Numbered from the stretch's first letter, positions 39,870-50,623 are shown. The stretch: 64,000 bases of DNA from a bacterium UBP13_UBA5359 (GCA_002410925.1 DHPR01000013.1:1-64000); one strand, 5' to 3'. Numbers and translations: made by a program. The notes: a model not told the origin generated them from the sequence alone.

Positions 39870-40733
39870 ATGTGTCAGGACAGCTATAATATGTTCGATG
39901 TCAGAGGTCGGATAGCCGTAGTAACCGGTGGGGGTGGGGTACTATGCCAACGTATGGCAAGCGACCTGGCTGCACAGGGAATGAAAATCGCCCTTCTCGA
40001 CCTTAGAAAGGATGCAGCTGAAGCAGCAGCAGCCCATATATGCAAAAATGGCGGCAGAGCCATAGGATTGGAATGCAACGTTCTGGAGCGTGATAGTCTG
40101 CAGCAGGTTTGTGATGAGGTTATCAAGGCCTTCGGGCGCATAGATGTTCTAATCAACGGCGCCGGCGGCAACAATCCTCGAGCTACAACTTCCAAGGAGA
40201 GACTCTTTCCGGAGGACCTGACGGCAGTTGCTGAAGAGCTAAAAACCTTCTTCGATCTCGATCCTCAGGGAGTGCAGTTCGTTTTTAATCTTAACTTCCT
40301 GGGAACATTGTTACCTACTCAGATATTCGGCCGGGTAATGGCAGAGCAGGAGAAGGGAATAGTAATTAATATCTCTTCCATGAATGCCTTTCGTCCATTG
40401 ACCAAAATACCCGCTTATTCTGCCGCCAAGGCAGCCATATCTAATTTTACACAGTGGCTGTCTACTCATATGGCGCCGGCAGGCATACGTGTCAATGCAA
40501 TAGCCCCCGGCTTCTTTTTGACGGATCAGAACAGGTTCCTCCTTACCGATGAAAAGAACGGCGATCTGACCGCCAGAGGCAATACCATCATTGCCCATAC
40601 ACCTATGGGACGTTTTGGAGAGCCGGAGGATCTTAGTGGAACGCTGTTATGGCTGGTATCGGATGCTTCGGCCTTTGTAACCGGAATAGTTGTTCCGGTT
40701 GACGGCGGTTTCTCTGCCTTCAGCGGTGTGTAA
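39870..40733 (+). CDS. uxuB: SDR oxidoreductase, D-mannonate oxidoreductase (fructuronate reductase)-like
   Basis: TGGGGVLC, NGAGGNNP, SSMNAFRPLTKIPAYSAAK, APGFFLTDQNR, HTPMGRFG, DGGFSAFSGV. Confidence 0.8.
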   Translation: MCQDSYNMFDVRGRIAVVTGGGGVLCQRMASDLAAQGMKIALLDLRKDAAEAAAAHICKNGGRAIGLECNVLERDSLQQVCDEVIKAFGRIDVLINGAGGNNPRATTSKERLFPEDLTAVAEELKTFFDLDPQGVQFVFNLNFLGTLLPTQIFGRVMAEQEKGIVINISSMNAFRPLTKIPAYSAAKAAISNFTQWLSTHMAPAGIRVNAIAPGFFLTDQNRFLLTDEKNGDLTARGNTIIAHTPMGRFGEPEDLSGTLLWLVSDASAFVTGIVVPVDGGFSAFSGV

Positions 40734-40776
40734 ATATAATTAATAGGCTAACAGGCTAATAATAGGAGATACAGAA

Positions 40777-42024
40777 GTGATTACAGGAGAAGGATATACC
40801 GATCGTTTTCTGACCGAAAATGAGATTACCGATATTGCCGCCAGGGCACTGGAAGGGGCTCGTCTGGAAGGGAAAAAACTGTTGCTGATAATACCGGATC
40901 ATACGCGCTCCGGGCCTATCGATATAATGTTCAAGGCTCTTTACCGGCTGTTGGCGGATAAGACTGTTACGTTTGATATACTGGTAGCTCTGGGAACACA
41001 TCCGCCCATGGCCATGGAGCAGATTTATCATCGAGTGGGCATCACCGCCGGTGAACATAAGGAGAAGTATTCCAAGGCGCGGTTCTTTAATCACCTCTGG
41101 AAGGATCCTGAGGCGTTGACAACAGTAGGCACTATTCCCGCCGGGAAGATTGAGGAAATCAGCGATGGTCTTTTCAGTATGCCTGTTAATATCGCCGTCA
41201 ACAAGATGGTAATGGATTATGATCATCTGATGATTGTCGGTCCGGTCTTCCCTCATGAGGTTGTAGGTTTCTCCGGAGGCAATAAGTATATCTTCCCCGG
41301 CATAGCCGGACAGGAGATCATTGACTTCTTTCACTGGCTGGGCGCGTTGATCACCAATCCTATGATTATCGGCAAAAAATATACTCCGGTGCGTGCCGTA
41401 GTGGATCTGGCTGTTTCCTATATACCGGTGCAACGTAGCGCCTTCTGTCTCGTGGTCAAGGGCAGCGATGCCGCCGGGCTGTATTACGGTGCTCCGGAAG
41501 ACGCCTGGTCGGCAGCAGCCGATCTTTCGGATAAGCTGCATATTACTTATAAGGATAAGCCTTATCATACGGTTCTATCCTGTGCTCCGGCTATGTATGA
41601 CGATCTCTGGACAGGCGGAAAATGTATGTATAAATTGGAGCCGGTAGTGGCCGATGGCGGCAAGCTTATCATCTATGCGCCTCATATAACGGAGATATCT
41701 TACACCCATGGCAGAGTATTGGATGAGATAGGCTACCATACACGCGATTATTACACCGCTCAATGGGAAGAGTTTAAATCTTATCCCTGGGGTGTGGTGG
41801 CGCACTCTACTCATGTCAGAGGTATCGGTGAATATGAGAACGGCATAGAAAAGCCCAGAGTGAAAGTTATACTGGCTACCGGTATACCTGAGGAGCGTTG
41901 CCGCAAGGTCAATCTGGGCTATATGGATCCGGCCGGCATCAGAGTAGAGGATTACATCGGTCGTGAGGATGAGGGCATACTCTATGTTCCCCAGGCCGGA
42001 GAGGTGTTGTACAGGCTGAGATGA
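40777..42024 (+). CDS. LarA-superfamily (DUF2088) epimerase/racemase; context suggests mannonate/gluconate 2-epimerase
   Basis: IPDHTRS, ALGTH, PHEVVGFSGGNK..FPG; lies between uxuB-like and gnd. Confidence 0.75.
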   Translation: MITGEGYTDRFLTENEITDIAARALEGARLEGKKLLLIIPDHTRSGPIDIMFKALYRLLADKTVTFDILVALGTHPPMAMEQIYHRVGITAGEHKEKYSKARFFNHLWKDPEALTTVGTIPAGKIEEISDGLFSMPVNIAVNKMVMDYDHLMIVGPVFPHEVVGFSGGNKYIFPGIAGQEIIDFFHWLGALITNPMIIGKKYTPVRAVVDLAVSYIPVQRSAFCLVVKGSDAAGLYYGAPEDAWSAAADLSDKLHITYKDKPYHTVLSCAPAMYDDLWTGGKCMYKLEPVVADGGKLIIYAPHITEISYTHGRVLDEIGYHTRDYYTAQWEEFKSYPWGVVAHSTHVRGIGEYENGIEKPRVKVILATGIPEERCRKVNLGYMDPAGIRVEDYIGREDEGILYVPQAGEVLYRLR

Positions 42025-42077
42025 TAGCCCGAATATACAAACGAACGCAAAAATAATTAAAAACGGGAGGCAAAAAG

Positions 42078-43493
42078 ATGTCAAAAGCGGATATAGGATT
42101 AATAGGATTGGCGGTTATGGGAGAGAACCTTGTTCTTAACATGGAGAGCAAGGGCTATACTGTAGCCGTTTACAATCGTACTCTTCAGAAAGTGGATGAT
42201 TTTCTGGCCGGCAATGCCAGGGGAAAGAAGATTATCGGCACTCATTCCATCCAGGAGCTGGTGGCGTCGCTAAAGACGCCTCGCAAGATAATGCTGATGG
42301 TTAAGGCCGGCTCTCCGGTTGACGATTTTATTAACATGATAATTCCCTATCTGGATAAAGGCGATATTATTATCGACGGCGGCAATTCATTCTTCAAGGA
42401 TACCATACGCCGCACAAAAGAATTAGAGGAGAAGGGCTTTCTCTTTATCGGCACCGGTGTCTCTGGTGGTGAAGAGGGTGCGCTGAAGGGCCCCAGCATC
42501 ATGCCCGGAGGCTCTTCGGCAGCCTGGCCGCATGTCAAGGATATCTTCCAGAAGATCTCCGCAAAGGTGTCCGATGGTTCGCCCTGCTGCCAGTGGGTGG
42601 GCAATGATGGAGCCGGGCATTTTGTCAAAATGGTACATAACGGCATAGAATACGGTGATATGCAGCTTATCTGCGAAGCTTACTATATCATGAAGAATGC
42701 TTTAGATATGACTGCCGATGAAATGCATGAAGTTTTTGCCGAGTGGAACAAGGGCGAACTTGATAGTTACCTTATAGAGATTACGCGAGATATCTTTGCC
42801 CGTAAGGATCAGGAAACAGGAGAGCCTCTGGTAGAGCTTATCATGGATACAGCCGGGCAGAAAGGCACCGGAAAATGGACCAGCCAAACAGCCCTTGATC
42901 TGGGCATAGCTGCGCCCACAATAGCTGAAGCCGTCTTTGCTCGCTGCATCTCCGCCATCAAGGATGAGAGAGTCGCAGCCTCCAAAGTTCTCAGTGGCCC
43001 TGACGGGAAGTATGAGGGCGACAGGGCAGCCTTTATCGAGGCTATCCGCCAGGCTCTTTATGCTTCCAAGATTTGCTCCTATGCTCAGGGCTACGCCATG
43101 ATGCGTGAAGCAGCCAGGGAATGGGGCTGGGAGCTTAACTTTGGCGATATTGCGCTGATGTGGAGAGGCGGCTGCATCATTCGAGCTCAATTTCTGCAGC
43201 ATATAAAGGATGCCTTTGATGCCGAACCCGGTCTGGCTAACCTGTTATTGGCACCATATTTTAAAGAGGCTGTTCAGAAAGCCCAGGCTAACTGGCGCCT
43301 GGTAATCAGCACGGCTACCAATCTGGGAATTCCCGTTCCGGCTTTTAGCTCCGCTCTGTCATATTATGACAGCTACAGGCGCGACAGATTGTCAGCCAAC
43401 CTGATTCAGGCCCAGCGAGATTACTTTGGTGCTCATACCTACAACAGAACGGATAAAGAGGGCGTTTTCCATACCGAGTGGCTTGAGAAATAA
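42078..43493 (+). CDS. gnd: 6-phosphogluconate dehydrogenase, NADP-dependent decarboxylating
   Basis: [51 protein letters not shown]. Confidence 0.97.
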   Translation: MSKADIGLIGLAVMGENLVLNMESKGYTVAVYNRTLQKVDDFLAGNARGKKIIGTHSIQELVASLKTPRKIMLMVKAGSPVDDFINMIIPYLDKGDIIIDGGNSFFKDTIRRTKELEEKGFLFIGTGVSGGEEGALKGPSIMPGGSSAAWPHVKDIFQKISAKVSDGSPCCQWVGNDGAGHFVKMVHNGIEYGDMQLICEAYYIMKNALDMTADEMHEVFAEWNKGELDSYLIEITRDIFARKDQETGEPLVELIMDTAGQKGTGKWTSQTALDLGIAAPTIAEAVFARCISAIKDERVAASKVLSGPDGKYEGDRAAFIEAIRQALYASKICSYAQGYAMMREAAREWGWELNFGDIALMWRGGCIIRAQFLQHIKDAFDAEPGLANLLLAPYFKEAVQKAQANWRLVISTATNLGIPVPAFSSALSYYDSYRRDRLSANLIQAQRDYFGAHTYNRTDKEGVFHTEWLEK

Positions 43494-43520
43494 GAGCGAA
43501 ATCTCTCGGAGTAAAAAGGA

Positions 43521-43558
43521 GCGAAAGGCGCCGGAGAGGATAACCCGGCGCCTTTCGT
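43521..43558 (+). terminator. Terminator after gnd
   Basis: GCGAAAGGCGCCGG / CCGGCGCCTTTCGT, 14-bp stem. Confidence 0.7.
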
Positions 43559-44066
43559 TACTCTTGGTATAGATAATTGTCCGATATACCACAATCTGGC
43601 ATTGATTTTGTCTGGTATACAGCATGACGGACGAAAGATGCTTTGGAGAACGTATCGATCGATGATACCGTATTGGAGGCAGAAGATATTGCATGCATAA
43701 GGAATAGTGTGAAGGCTCTGGATGCAGCAGAATAAAAGAGGAGTCAATGCCTGGTAAAGGTACCGTTGGAAGCGTTCAGGCGCGCCATGCAAGCCCTTTA
43801 AGTTGCTTTAATAGCATGAAAACTGTATAATTAACATTAATTCATTATGCTGTGCACTTAATTCGTGGGAGTGTAATAATGGTGCCTGAGAAAATTCCAT
43901 CAGAACCGAATCAAGCGACTGCAATAACTGCTTGCATTGCCGGTAAGCTCTTCTGTCGCATCTATAACGTTTGCACTCCTTTGTTTCTTATGCGTAAATC
44001 ATCATAATTATCCGTTACTTCAGGCATGCTTCGATCATTTAAGGTACTATTCAGGAGGGGTATGGT

Positions 44067-44648
44067 ATGAATATATTTTCTGCAATAAAAAAGGGCGATC
44101 GGCTGCACATAAGAAACTTGCTAATAGCTGATCCTGCGATAGCAAATTTAAGAAACAGCGATGGTTATAATTCAACACCATTGCATGAAGCCTCTTCTGT
44201 CGGCGATCTCGAAACAGTTAAACTTCTGCTTGAGAATAAGAGCGATATCAATGCTCAGGATAAGATGGGGTGGACACCGCTTCATGTTGCTGCCAACAAT
44301 GGGAATGTTGATATATGTCTGCTATTGATTGAAGCAGGCGCTGATTTAGAGGCCTCTGATGAACTGGGTTATACTCCTCTTCATGAGGCAGCCAGTTGGG
44401 GACATATAAATGTGGTCGAACTCTTATGTCAAAGAGATGCGAATCTCGACGCTATTGATAAAAAAGGCTGGACTCCTTTGCATTATGCTGCCAGCAAAGG
44501 GCGCTGCGCCATAGTGAAATCTTTGTTGGAGAATGGGGCTTCAATCGATATTTCCGATAACAGCGGCGAAACGCCTTTAAGCCTGGCATATAAAGGCGGG
44601 GTTATGAGTGTTGCCGGGATAATTGACGCTCATATCCAGAAGAAGTAG
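44067..44648 (+). CDS. Ankyrin-repeat protein
   Basis: Five 33-aa repeats TPLHEAS, TPLHVAA, TPLHEAA, TPLHYAA, TPLSLA. Confidence 0.93.
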   Translation: MNIFSAIKKGDRLHIRNLLIADPAIANLRNSDGYNSTPLHEASSVGDLETVKLLLENKSDINAQDKMGWTPLHVAANNGNVDICLLLIEAGADLEASDELGYTPLHEAASWGHINVVELLCQRDANLDAIDKKGWTPLHYAASKGRCAIVKSLLENGASIDISDNSGETPLSLAYKGGVMSVAGIIDAHIQKK

Positions 44649-44659
44649 AGGTCGGTCGA

Positions 44660-45466
44660 TTGCAGCCTTTATCTCGCAACGAAGCCAGGCGCCTTTGGAG
44701 GGCGATTATAGAATTTGATATGCTCGATAAAGGCGATCGGGTACTTATCGGACTTTCCGGCGGCAAAGATAGCCTCTATCTTGCACATCTACTGTCGGCT
44801 GTCCGGCGCTATGCTCCTATGCCTTTTGAATTAGCCGCCGTTACTCTGGATGTGGGCTTTGCCGAGGTGGATTATTCATCGCTTCATCGCTTCTGCAGCG
44901 CTCGCGAGATTCCATTTGAGCTGCTTTATCTGGATATGGCCAGGCATATACTGGAAGAGGGTAATCGCCAGGGTCCGTGTGCTGTTTGCGCCTATTTTCG
45001 TCGTGGCGCCCTTTGCCGCTATGCTGCTGAAAAGGGCTTTAATAAGCTGGCTTTAGCACATCACCATGATGATGCTGTGGAGACTTTTTTAATGAGCATA
45101 CTCTACTCCGGTCAGATCAAGGTCTTTGAGCCGGTTTCTCTGATGGAGCGTACCGGCATAACGGTAATCAGACCGCTAGCTTATTTCCGTGAGAGTAATA
45201 TCAAAGCATCGAATATTTTCAAGGAAATCATACCGTTGCATGCAGGCTGTCCTGTCTGTAAAGATACGCAGCGAGCCAGGGTCAAGGAGCTAATCAAGGA
45301 GTTAAGGCGGGAGAATCGTTCAATTTATGATAATCTTTCCGGTGCAATGCGTTACGGCAAGGCAATTACTCTATGGCCGGCAGAGCCCGGTAAGGGCGAG
45401 ATGTTGGAACGACATCGCAATTTCTATAACAAATACAAACACGATAGAGGATTGAGAAAGGGGTAA
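44660..45466 (+). CDS. ttcA: tRNA 2-thiocytidine biosynthesis TtcA-family protein
   Basis: PP-loop SGGKDS, CAVC..FRRG, AHHHDDAVET, IRPL, CP. Confidence 0.82.
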   Translation: MQPLSRNEARRLWRAIIEFDMLDKGDRVLIGLSGGKDSLYLAHLLSAVRRYAPMPFELAAVTLDVGFAEVDYSSLHRFCSAREIPFELLYLDMARHILEEGNRQGPCAVCAYFRRGALCRYAAEKGFNKLALAHHHDDAVETFLMSILYSGQIKVFEPVSLMERTGITVIRPLAYFRESNIKASNIFKEIIPLHAGCPVCKDTQRARVKELIKELRRENRSIYDNLSGAMRYGKAITLWPAEPGKGEMLERHRNFYNKYKHDRGLRKG

Positions 45467-45468
45467 TT

Positions 45469-46128
45469 ATGCGCGATTTACCGGTTTACAGGATCAAGCG
45501 CCTCAATGGAAGCATAAGCGTTGACGGCAGGCTGGATGAGCCGGCCTGGCAAGAGGCCGAGCCTATCGAACTGGTGCTGGCAGATGATGGCGGCAAGCCG
45601 TTACAGCAGACTATTGCCGGGATGCTCTGGGATGATGAGAAGCTTTACATTAGCTTCTGGTGCAAGGACAACGATATCTGGGGTACTATGGCGAAGCGGG
45701 ATGATCCCATATGCAGAGAAGAAGTGGTGGAAGTTTTTTTCAGTCCTCGGCAGGAGATCAATTCCTATTATGAGATAGAGGTCAGTCCGCTCAATGTCAT
45801 CTACGATTTAGTCATATTGAACGATTTAAGAGGACATATTGAGGCCTTGGATCAGTGGAACTGTAAGGGGCTGGAGACAGCCGTATATATCGAGGGTGAA
45901 GTCAACAAGCGAAATCTAAAGGATGAATACTGGTCTGTAGAGATGGCCATTCCTTTCAAGAGCATTTATATGGCCCATAGCATCCCACCCCTTCCCGGCG
46001 ACGAGTGGAGGCTCAATCTCTATCGCATCGATAGAGCCAGAGAAGTGGACGAATACAGTGCCTGGTCTCCACCCGGAAAGATCAATTTCCATATACCGCA
46101 AAGCTTTGGACGAGTAATATTTGACTAA
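45469..46128 (+). CDS. Carbohydrate-binding family 9-like protein
   Basis: VDGRLDEPAW, LWDDEKLY, EVVEVF, YYEIEVSP, WSVEMAIP, WRLNLYR, WSP, FH.P..FG. Confidence 0.85.
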   Translation: MRDLPVYRIKRLNGSISVDGRLDEPAWQEAEPIELVLADDGGKPLQQTIAGMLWDDEKLYISFWCKDNDIWGTMAKRDDPICREEVVEVFFSPRQEINSYYEIEVSPLNVIYDLVILNDLRGHIEALDQWNCKGLETAVYIEGEVNKRNLKDEYWSVEMAIPFKSIYMAHSIPPLPGDEWRLNLYRIDRAREVDEYSAWSPPGKINFHIPQSFGRVIFD

Positions 46129-46140
46129 ATATCAGCCAAG

Positions 46141-46169
46141 GCAGGAACGAGTATTCGCTTGTAGAATTA
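46141..46169 (+). promoter_or_regulatory. SigH-like promoter upstream of fprA
   Basis: GCAGGAACG-11 nt-GTAGAATTA. Confidence 0.5.
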
Positions 46170-46262
46170 ATAGTATTTGAACGCCGGCATGGATCGGCAT
46201 CCTCTATGTCTCTATGCTCCAGCGTTTGATTCATAAACACAAAGATAAGGAGGAGAGTTTTA

Positions 46263-47456
46263 ATGTTTGAGCCTGTAAAGATAGCGGATAATGTATATTG
46301 GGTTGGCGCCGTAGATTGGAACTGTCGCAGCTTTCACGGACATTCCTATTCTACGCATCGCGGCACTACCTATAATGCCTATCTTCTGAAGGGGGAAAAG
46401 AATGTGCTGGTGGATACGGTTTATGCTCCCTTTGCAGACGAAATGCTGAAGCGCATCAGCCGTGTAATCAACCCTTCCGATATCGATTATATCGTAGTCA
46501 ATCATGTGGAGCCTGATCATTCCGGGGCACTTCCAATTATATCCCAAATAGCTTCTCATGCAGAAATTTATTCAACAGCTAAAGCAGTAGAGGTTATATC
46601 CGCCTATTACCCTGATGTGCGTGTAGCAAAGAGAGTTAGAACGGGCGACGCACTTGATTTTGGCGGGCGCAAACTTATCTTTATCGAAGCTCCCATGCTG
46701 CATTGGCCGGAGAGCATGTTCTCCTATCTGCCGGACCAGGCGCTGCTTATGCCTAATGATGCCTTCGGCCAGCACATGGCCAGCGGCTTTCGCTTTGCCG
46801 ATGAGGTTGATCAGGGGTATTTAATGGAGGAAGCAGCCAAATATTATGCCAACATCCTGCTGCCCTACAGCAAGCTGGTGCTTAAAAAGATAGCCGAAAT
46901 TCAGCAGTTGAATATTCCTATCAAAATAATAGCTCCCAGCCATGGGCTGATATGGAGATACGAGCCAATGCAGATAGTGGAGGCTTACCTGCGCTGGTCT
47001 GCACAGGAGGCGAAGAGAATTATTGTAGTGGCTTACGATACGATGTGGCAGAGCACCGAGGCTATGGCTCTGGCTCTGACTGAAGGCATTGAAAGCACAG
47101 GAGCCGATGTCAGGCATTATAAATTGGGCCTTTCCGATTATAGCGATGTCATGCGTGATATACTGGAGGCTGCTGCAGTTGTTATCGGCTCCAGCACCAT
47201 CAATAACGGCGTTTTGCCTACGGTGATGCCCCTCTTGCATGAAATCAAAGGCTTACGTCCGGTTGGGCGCAAGGGACTGGCCTTTGGCTCTTACGGCTGG
47301 GGTGGCGGAGCAGTCAAAGAGATTGAGGAAATTCTGACGGCAGGGGGGATGGAGCTTTTTGAACCGGGATTGTCTGTTAAATGGCGCCCGCATGAGGATG
47401 AGCTTATCGCCTGTTTTGATGCCGGGAAAAGACTGGGAGGAGCTCTCGATAAATAA
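46263..47456 (+). CDS. fprA: Flavodiiron protein (FprA, O2/NO reductase)
   Basis: GTTYNAYL, NHVEPDHSG, LHWPES, DAFGQH, PSHG, flavodoxin TMWQSTE...FGSYGWGGGA. Confidence 0.93.
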   Translation: MFEPVKIADNVYWVGAVDWNCRSFHGHSYSTHRGTTYNAYLLKGEKNVLVDTVYAPFADEMLKRISRVINPSDIDYIVVNHVEPDHSGALPIISQIASHAEIYSTAKAVEVISAYYPDVRVAKRVRTGDALDFGGRKLIFIEAPMLHWPESMFSYLPDQALLMPNDAFGQHMASGFRFADEVDQGYLMEEAAKYYANILLPYSKLVLKKIAEIQQLNIPIKIIAPSHGLIWRYEPMQIVEAYLRWSAQEAKRIIVVAYDTMWQSTEAMALALTEGIESTGADVRHYKLGLSDYSDVMRDILEAAAVVIGSSTINNGVLPTVMPLLHEIKGLRPVGRKGLAFGSYGWGGGAVKEIEEILTAGGMELFEPGLSVKWRPHEDELIACFDAGKRLGGALDK

Positions 47457-47747
47457 TTATTATTGTAATTATTATTGCCTCTTTATCGGCGGCTGGAGGT
47501 TGACGTATGCCGTTCTTTTTGATATAAGTAATAAGATGAGTAAACGGTATATGCGGAAGGGGTAGAGATGACCGGCGAATTCAGTGTAATGAATTATAGC
47601 GATGAAAGAGTTGCCAAGCAGCTTAACACTGAAAAACGGCTGATGATTAAACATGTCACAAAACATGTTTTGATCAATGAAGAAATGCCCTGAAGCATAC
47701 AGGAACAGCGAGTGTGAGCGGCTCGTCAGGATCAATGATAAGAATAT

Positions 47748-47788
47748 AAAGGTCTCCTGTAACTACGGCGGGGGACCTTTTTATTTTT
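47748..47788 (+). terminator. Intrinsic terminator immediately upstream of pckA
   Basis: AAAGGTCTCCTGT / GCGGGGGACCTTT stem followed by TTATTTTT. Confidence 0.7.
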
Positions 47789-47819
47789 GACCATTATAAT
47801 TGAGGGAGGATGTAGTGAA

Positions 47820-49430
47820 ATGTCTACTCGACGTAATGAAACCATCGACCTGTCCTATTTAGGACTGGTCAATCCAGGCGGTATCTATCGTAATCTATCG
47901 GTTCCGATCTTAATCGAACAGGCGCTGGCCAGGGGAGAGGGAGAGCTTACCTCTACCGGAGCTCTCAGCGTCAGGACCGGTAAGTATACCGGACGTTCAC
48001 CTAATGACAAGTTTACCGTGGATGAACCCGCTGTTCACGATGAGATCGCCTGGGGCAAAGTCAATGTTCCTATAGCAGAGGAGAAGTTCGACCGCATATA
48101 TAATCGTATGATGACCTATCTGCAGGGGAAAGAGCTCTTTGTCTTTGACGGCTTTGTAGGCGCTGATCCCCAGTATCGCCTGCCGCTTAGAGCTGTTACC
48201 GAGCTGGCCTGGCATAATCTCTTTGCTCATCAGCTCTTTTTACGCCCGACAGCCGATGAGTTATCTGCTCATGTTCCGGAATTTACAGTCATATATGCTC
48301 CCGGCTTCAAGGCGGATCCCGAGCAAGACGGTACCAATTCAGAGGCCTTTATCATTCCCAACTTCAAGCGGCGGATAGTAATCATAGGCGGTACTCAGTA
48401 TGCCGGAGAGATGAAGAAATCCATCTTTACTGTTATGAACTATCTATTGCCCAGGCAGGGCGTATGCCCCATGCATTGTTCAGCCAACGTCGGGGTGAAG
48501 GGAGATGTAGCTCTTTTCTTTGGACTTTCAGGCACCGGCAAGACCACATTATCGGCCGACCCTGAGCGCAAGCTGATTGGCGACGATGAGCACGGCTGGT
48601 CAGACAACGGTATCTTCAACTTTGAAGGCGGATGTTATGCCAAGTGCATCAACCTTTCCCGTGAAAATGAGCCGCAAATCTGGGATGCCATACGTTATGG
48701 GTCTGTGCTGGAAAACGTCGTTGTGGAACCGAAGAACAGAGTTCCTGATTACGATTGTGCCATCCTTACCGAGAATACCCGGGCAGGCTACCCTGTGGAT
48801 TTCATCCCCAATGCCGTTATTCCCGGCGCCGGTGGACAGCCTAATGTTGTTGTCTTTCTGACAGCTGATGCATTTGGCGTTCTGCCCCCGGTATCTGAAT
48901 TGACCAGAGAGCAGGCCATGTACCATTTTCTCTCCGGTTATACCAGCAAGCTGGCCGGAACAGAGCGCGGCATAACAGAGCCGGAAGCCACCTTCTCTAC
49001 TTGCTTTGGCTCACCCTTCCTGCCTCTCTCTCCTATGATCTATGCTCGGCTTTTGGGAGAGAAGATCGAGAAATACAATACCAGAGTTTATCTTATCAAT
49101 ACCGGCTGGTCAGGTGGACCTTATGGAGTTGGACAGCGTATAAGCATCAAGCATACCAGAGCCATTGTGACCGCTGCTCTTAATGGCAGCCTGACCGGTG
49201 TAAGCTACAGGCAAGATCCTGTTTTCAATCTCAGAATACCTGAGGCCTGCCCCGGAGTGCCCGCCGAGGTGCTCAATCCCAGGAATACCTGGGAAGATAA
49301 GGATGCTTATGATAAGCAAGCTATCAAGCTGGCCAGACTCTTCATAGAGAACTTCAAGAAGTTCTCCGATGTGACCAGCGAGGTGGCAAATGCCGGACCC
49401 AGGGCAGGGGATATGGCTAACGCTTGCTGA
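47820..49430 (+). CDS. pckA: Phosphoenolpyruvate carboxykinase (ATP)
   Basis: [53 protein letters not shown] 47820 follows GGGAGG. Confidence 0.97.
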   Translation: MSTRRNETIDLSYLGLVNPGGIYRNLSVPILIEQALARGEGELTSTGALSVRTGKYTGRSPNDKFTVDEPAVHDEIAWGKVNVPIAEEKFDRIYNRMMTYLQGKELFVFDGFVGADPQYRLPLRAVTELAWHNLFAHQLFLRPTADELSAHVPEFTVIYAPGFKADPEQDGTNSEAFIIPNFKRRIVIIGGTQYAGEMKKSIFTVMNYLLPRQGVCPMHCSANVGVKGDVALFFGLSGTGKTTLSADPERKLIGDDEHGWSDNGIFNFEGGCYAKCINLSRENEPQIWDAIRYGSVLENVVVEPKNRVPDYDCAILTENTRAGYPVDFIPNAVIPGAGGQPNVVVFLTADAFGVLPPVSELTREQAMYHFLSGYTSKLAGTERGITEPEATFSTCFGSPFLPLSPMIYARLLGEKIEKYNTRVYLINTGWSGGPYGVGQRISIKHTRAIVTAALNGSLTGVSYRQDPVFNLRIPEACPGVPAEVLNPRNTWEDKDAYDKQAIKLARLFIENFKKFSDVTSEVANAGPRAGDMANAC

Positions 49431-49459
49431 CTGTTGACATAGCCGGCATAGCTTTGTGC

Positions 49460-49503
49460 GCAAAGGCAGAGGGCGGGGATATATCCTCGCCCTCTGCCTT
49501 TGC
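49460..49503. terminator. Probably bidirectional terminator between the convergent pckA and esterase genes
   Basis: GCAAAGGCAGAGGGCGGGGAT / ATCCTCGCCCTCTGCCTTTGC, about 20-bp stem. Confidence 0.8.
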
Positions 49504-49572
49504 AGTTTCTCTCTCATATCATCTTTCACGATGAACTTCCAGTATAAAGAGTGCGATAAGTACCCGTCAAGA

Positions 49573-50538
49573 TTACAGCTTGCACATGAATTTGAACACT
49601 CTATCTGCAGACCACGGCAATCCTTCATGCCCAAAATCAGGATAGATTACCAGATTCTTTTTAGATGTTATCTTATTGTAGGCGGCAAATTGTGAAGATG
49701 GCGGGCAGATGGTATCCATCAAACCTGTGGTCATCATTACCTCAGCCCTGATACGCTTGGCCAGATGCTGATTGTCTATATAACCCAAACGGGTAAAAAT
49801 TTCATTCTTTTTCTCATGCAGAGGATCGAAATACCGAAAATATGTTCGCAGTTCATCATAAGCGCCTATATCCAGATCCATTTCCCAGATGCGCAGATAA
49901 TCACAGAGGAAGGGGAATATTGGGGCTGACAGCTTGATGCGCGGCTCCAGAGCAGTACAGGCCAGCGTTAATCCGCCTCCTTGAGATCCTCCCGTAACTC
50001 CTATTCTGTCGGGATCGACTTCCGGCATATTCATAACTATGCCGGCCAGTTGAGCGCAATCCAGGTAGATATTTCTAAAGAGCAACTTTTCAGGATTTTC
50101 ATTCAATCCGCGAATTATATGGCCTCTGAGCGTATTCCCCTTTGTACCTCCAACATCCTCCGATTTGCCGCCCTGGCCGCGACAATCCATAGAGGCTACG
50201 GAGAAACCCTGAGCCACAAAGTGCATCTTAGCTGTCCAATCACCACTGTTGCCTGAATATCCATGAAAAAGGAGGACGGCCGGATGGGGTTTCCCGGCTC
50301 CTTTGGGCCTCAGATATTGAGCATATATTCGAGCTCCGCCAACCCCGGTAAAGTGAAGATCAAAGCACTCGGCAAAGGCAGCACCGGTGTCGTGCGGGTG
50401 CATTTCCACCTGCGGGTCTATGGCTCTCATCTCAGCTAGGGAAGCATCCCAGAAGCGATCCATATCGGCCGGGCAGGGGTTTCGCCCCTCGTATTTCATA
50501 AGCTCTTCAATGGGCATATCTATTATAGGCATAACCAA
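49573..50538 (-). CDS. Acetyl xylan esterase / cephalosporin-C deacetylase (CE7)
   Basis: FHGY, RGQGG, GGSQGG nucleophile elbow, PFLCD, DTICPP, FGHE. Confidence 0.92.
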   Translation of the reverse strand: MVMPIIDMPIEELMKYEGRNPCPADMDRFWDASLAEMRAIDPQVEMHPHDTGAAFAECFDLHFTGVGGARIYAQYLRPKGAGKPHPAVLLFHGYSGNSGDWTAKMHFVAQGFSVASMDCRGQGGKSEDVGGTKGNTLRGHIIRGLNENPEKLLFRNIYLDCAQLAGIVMNMPEVDPDRIGVTGGSQGGGLTLACTALEPRIKLSAPIFPFLCDYLRIWEMDLDIGAYDELRTYFRYFDPLHEKKNEIFTRLGYIDNQHLAKRIRAEVMMTTGLMDTICPPSSQFAAYNKITSKKNLVIYPDFGHEGLPWSADRVFKFMCKL

Positions 50539-50623
50539 CCTCCATTATTTGCCGGCATTACGGCTCTATTATCACCACATTTTAACTCTTTATCCATATG
50601 CGATCAAGCGCATAAAGTGTTTT

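Noticed and set aside
44067-46128. Ankyrin-ttcA-CBM9 as a novel functional (e.g. defence or DNA-thiolation) system
   Set aside because: The TtcA-like protein looks ordinary rather than DndC-like, and nothing beyond adjacency links the three genes
47642-47670. Rex or other operator (AAACATGT repeats, TCACAA half-site) upstream of pckA
   Set aside because: Only a partial match to the Rex palindrome, in AT-rich sequence; cannot be supported
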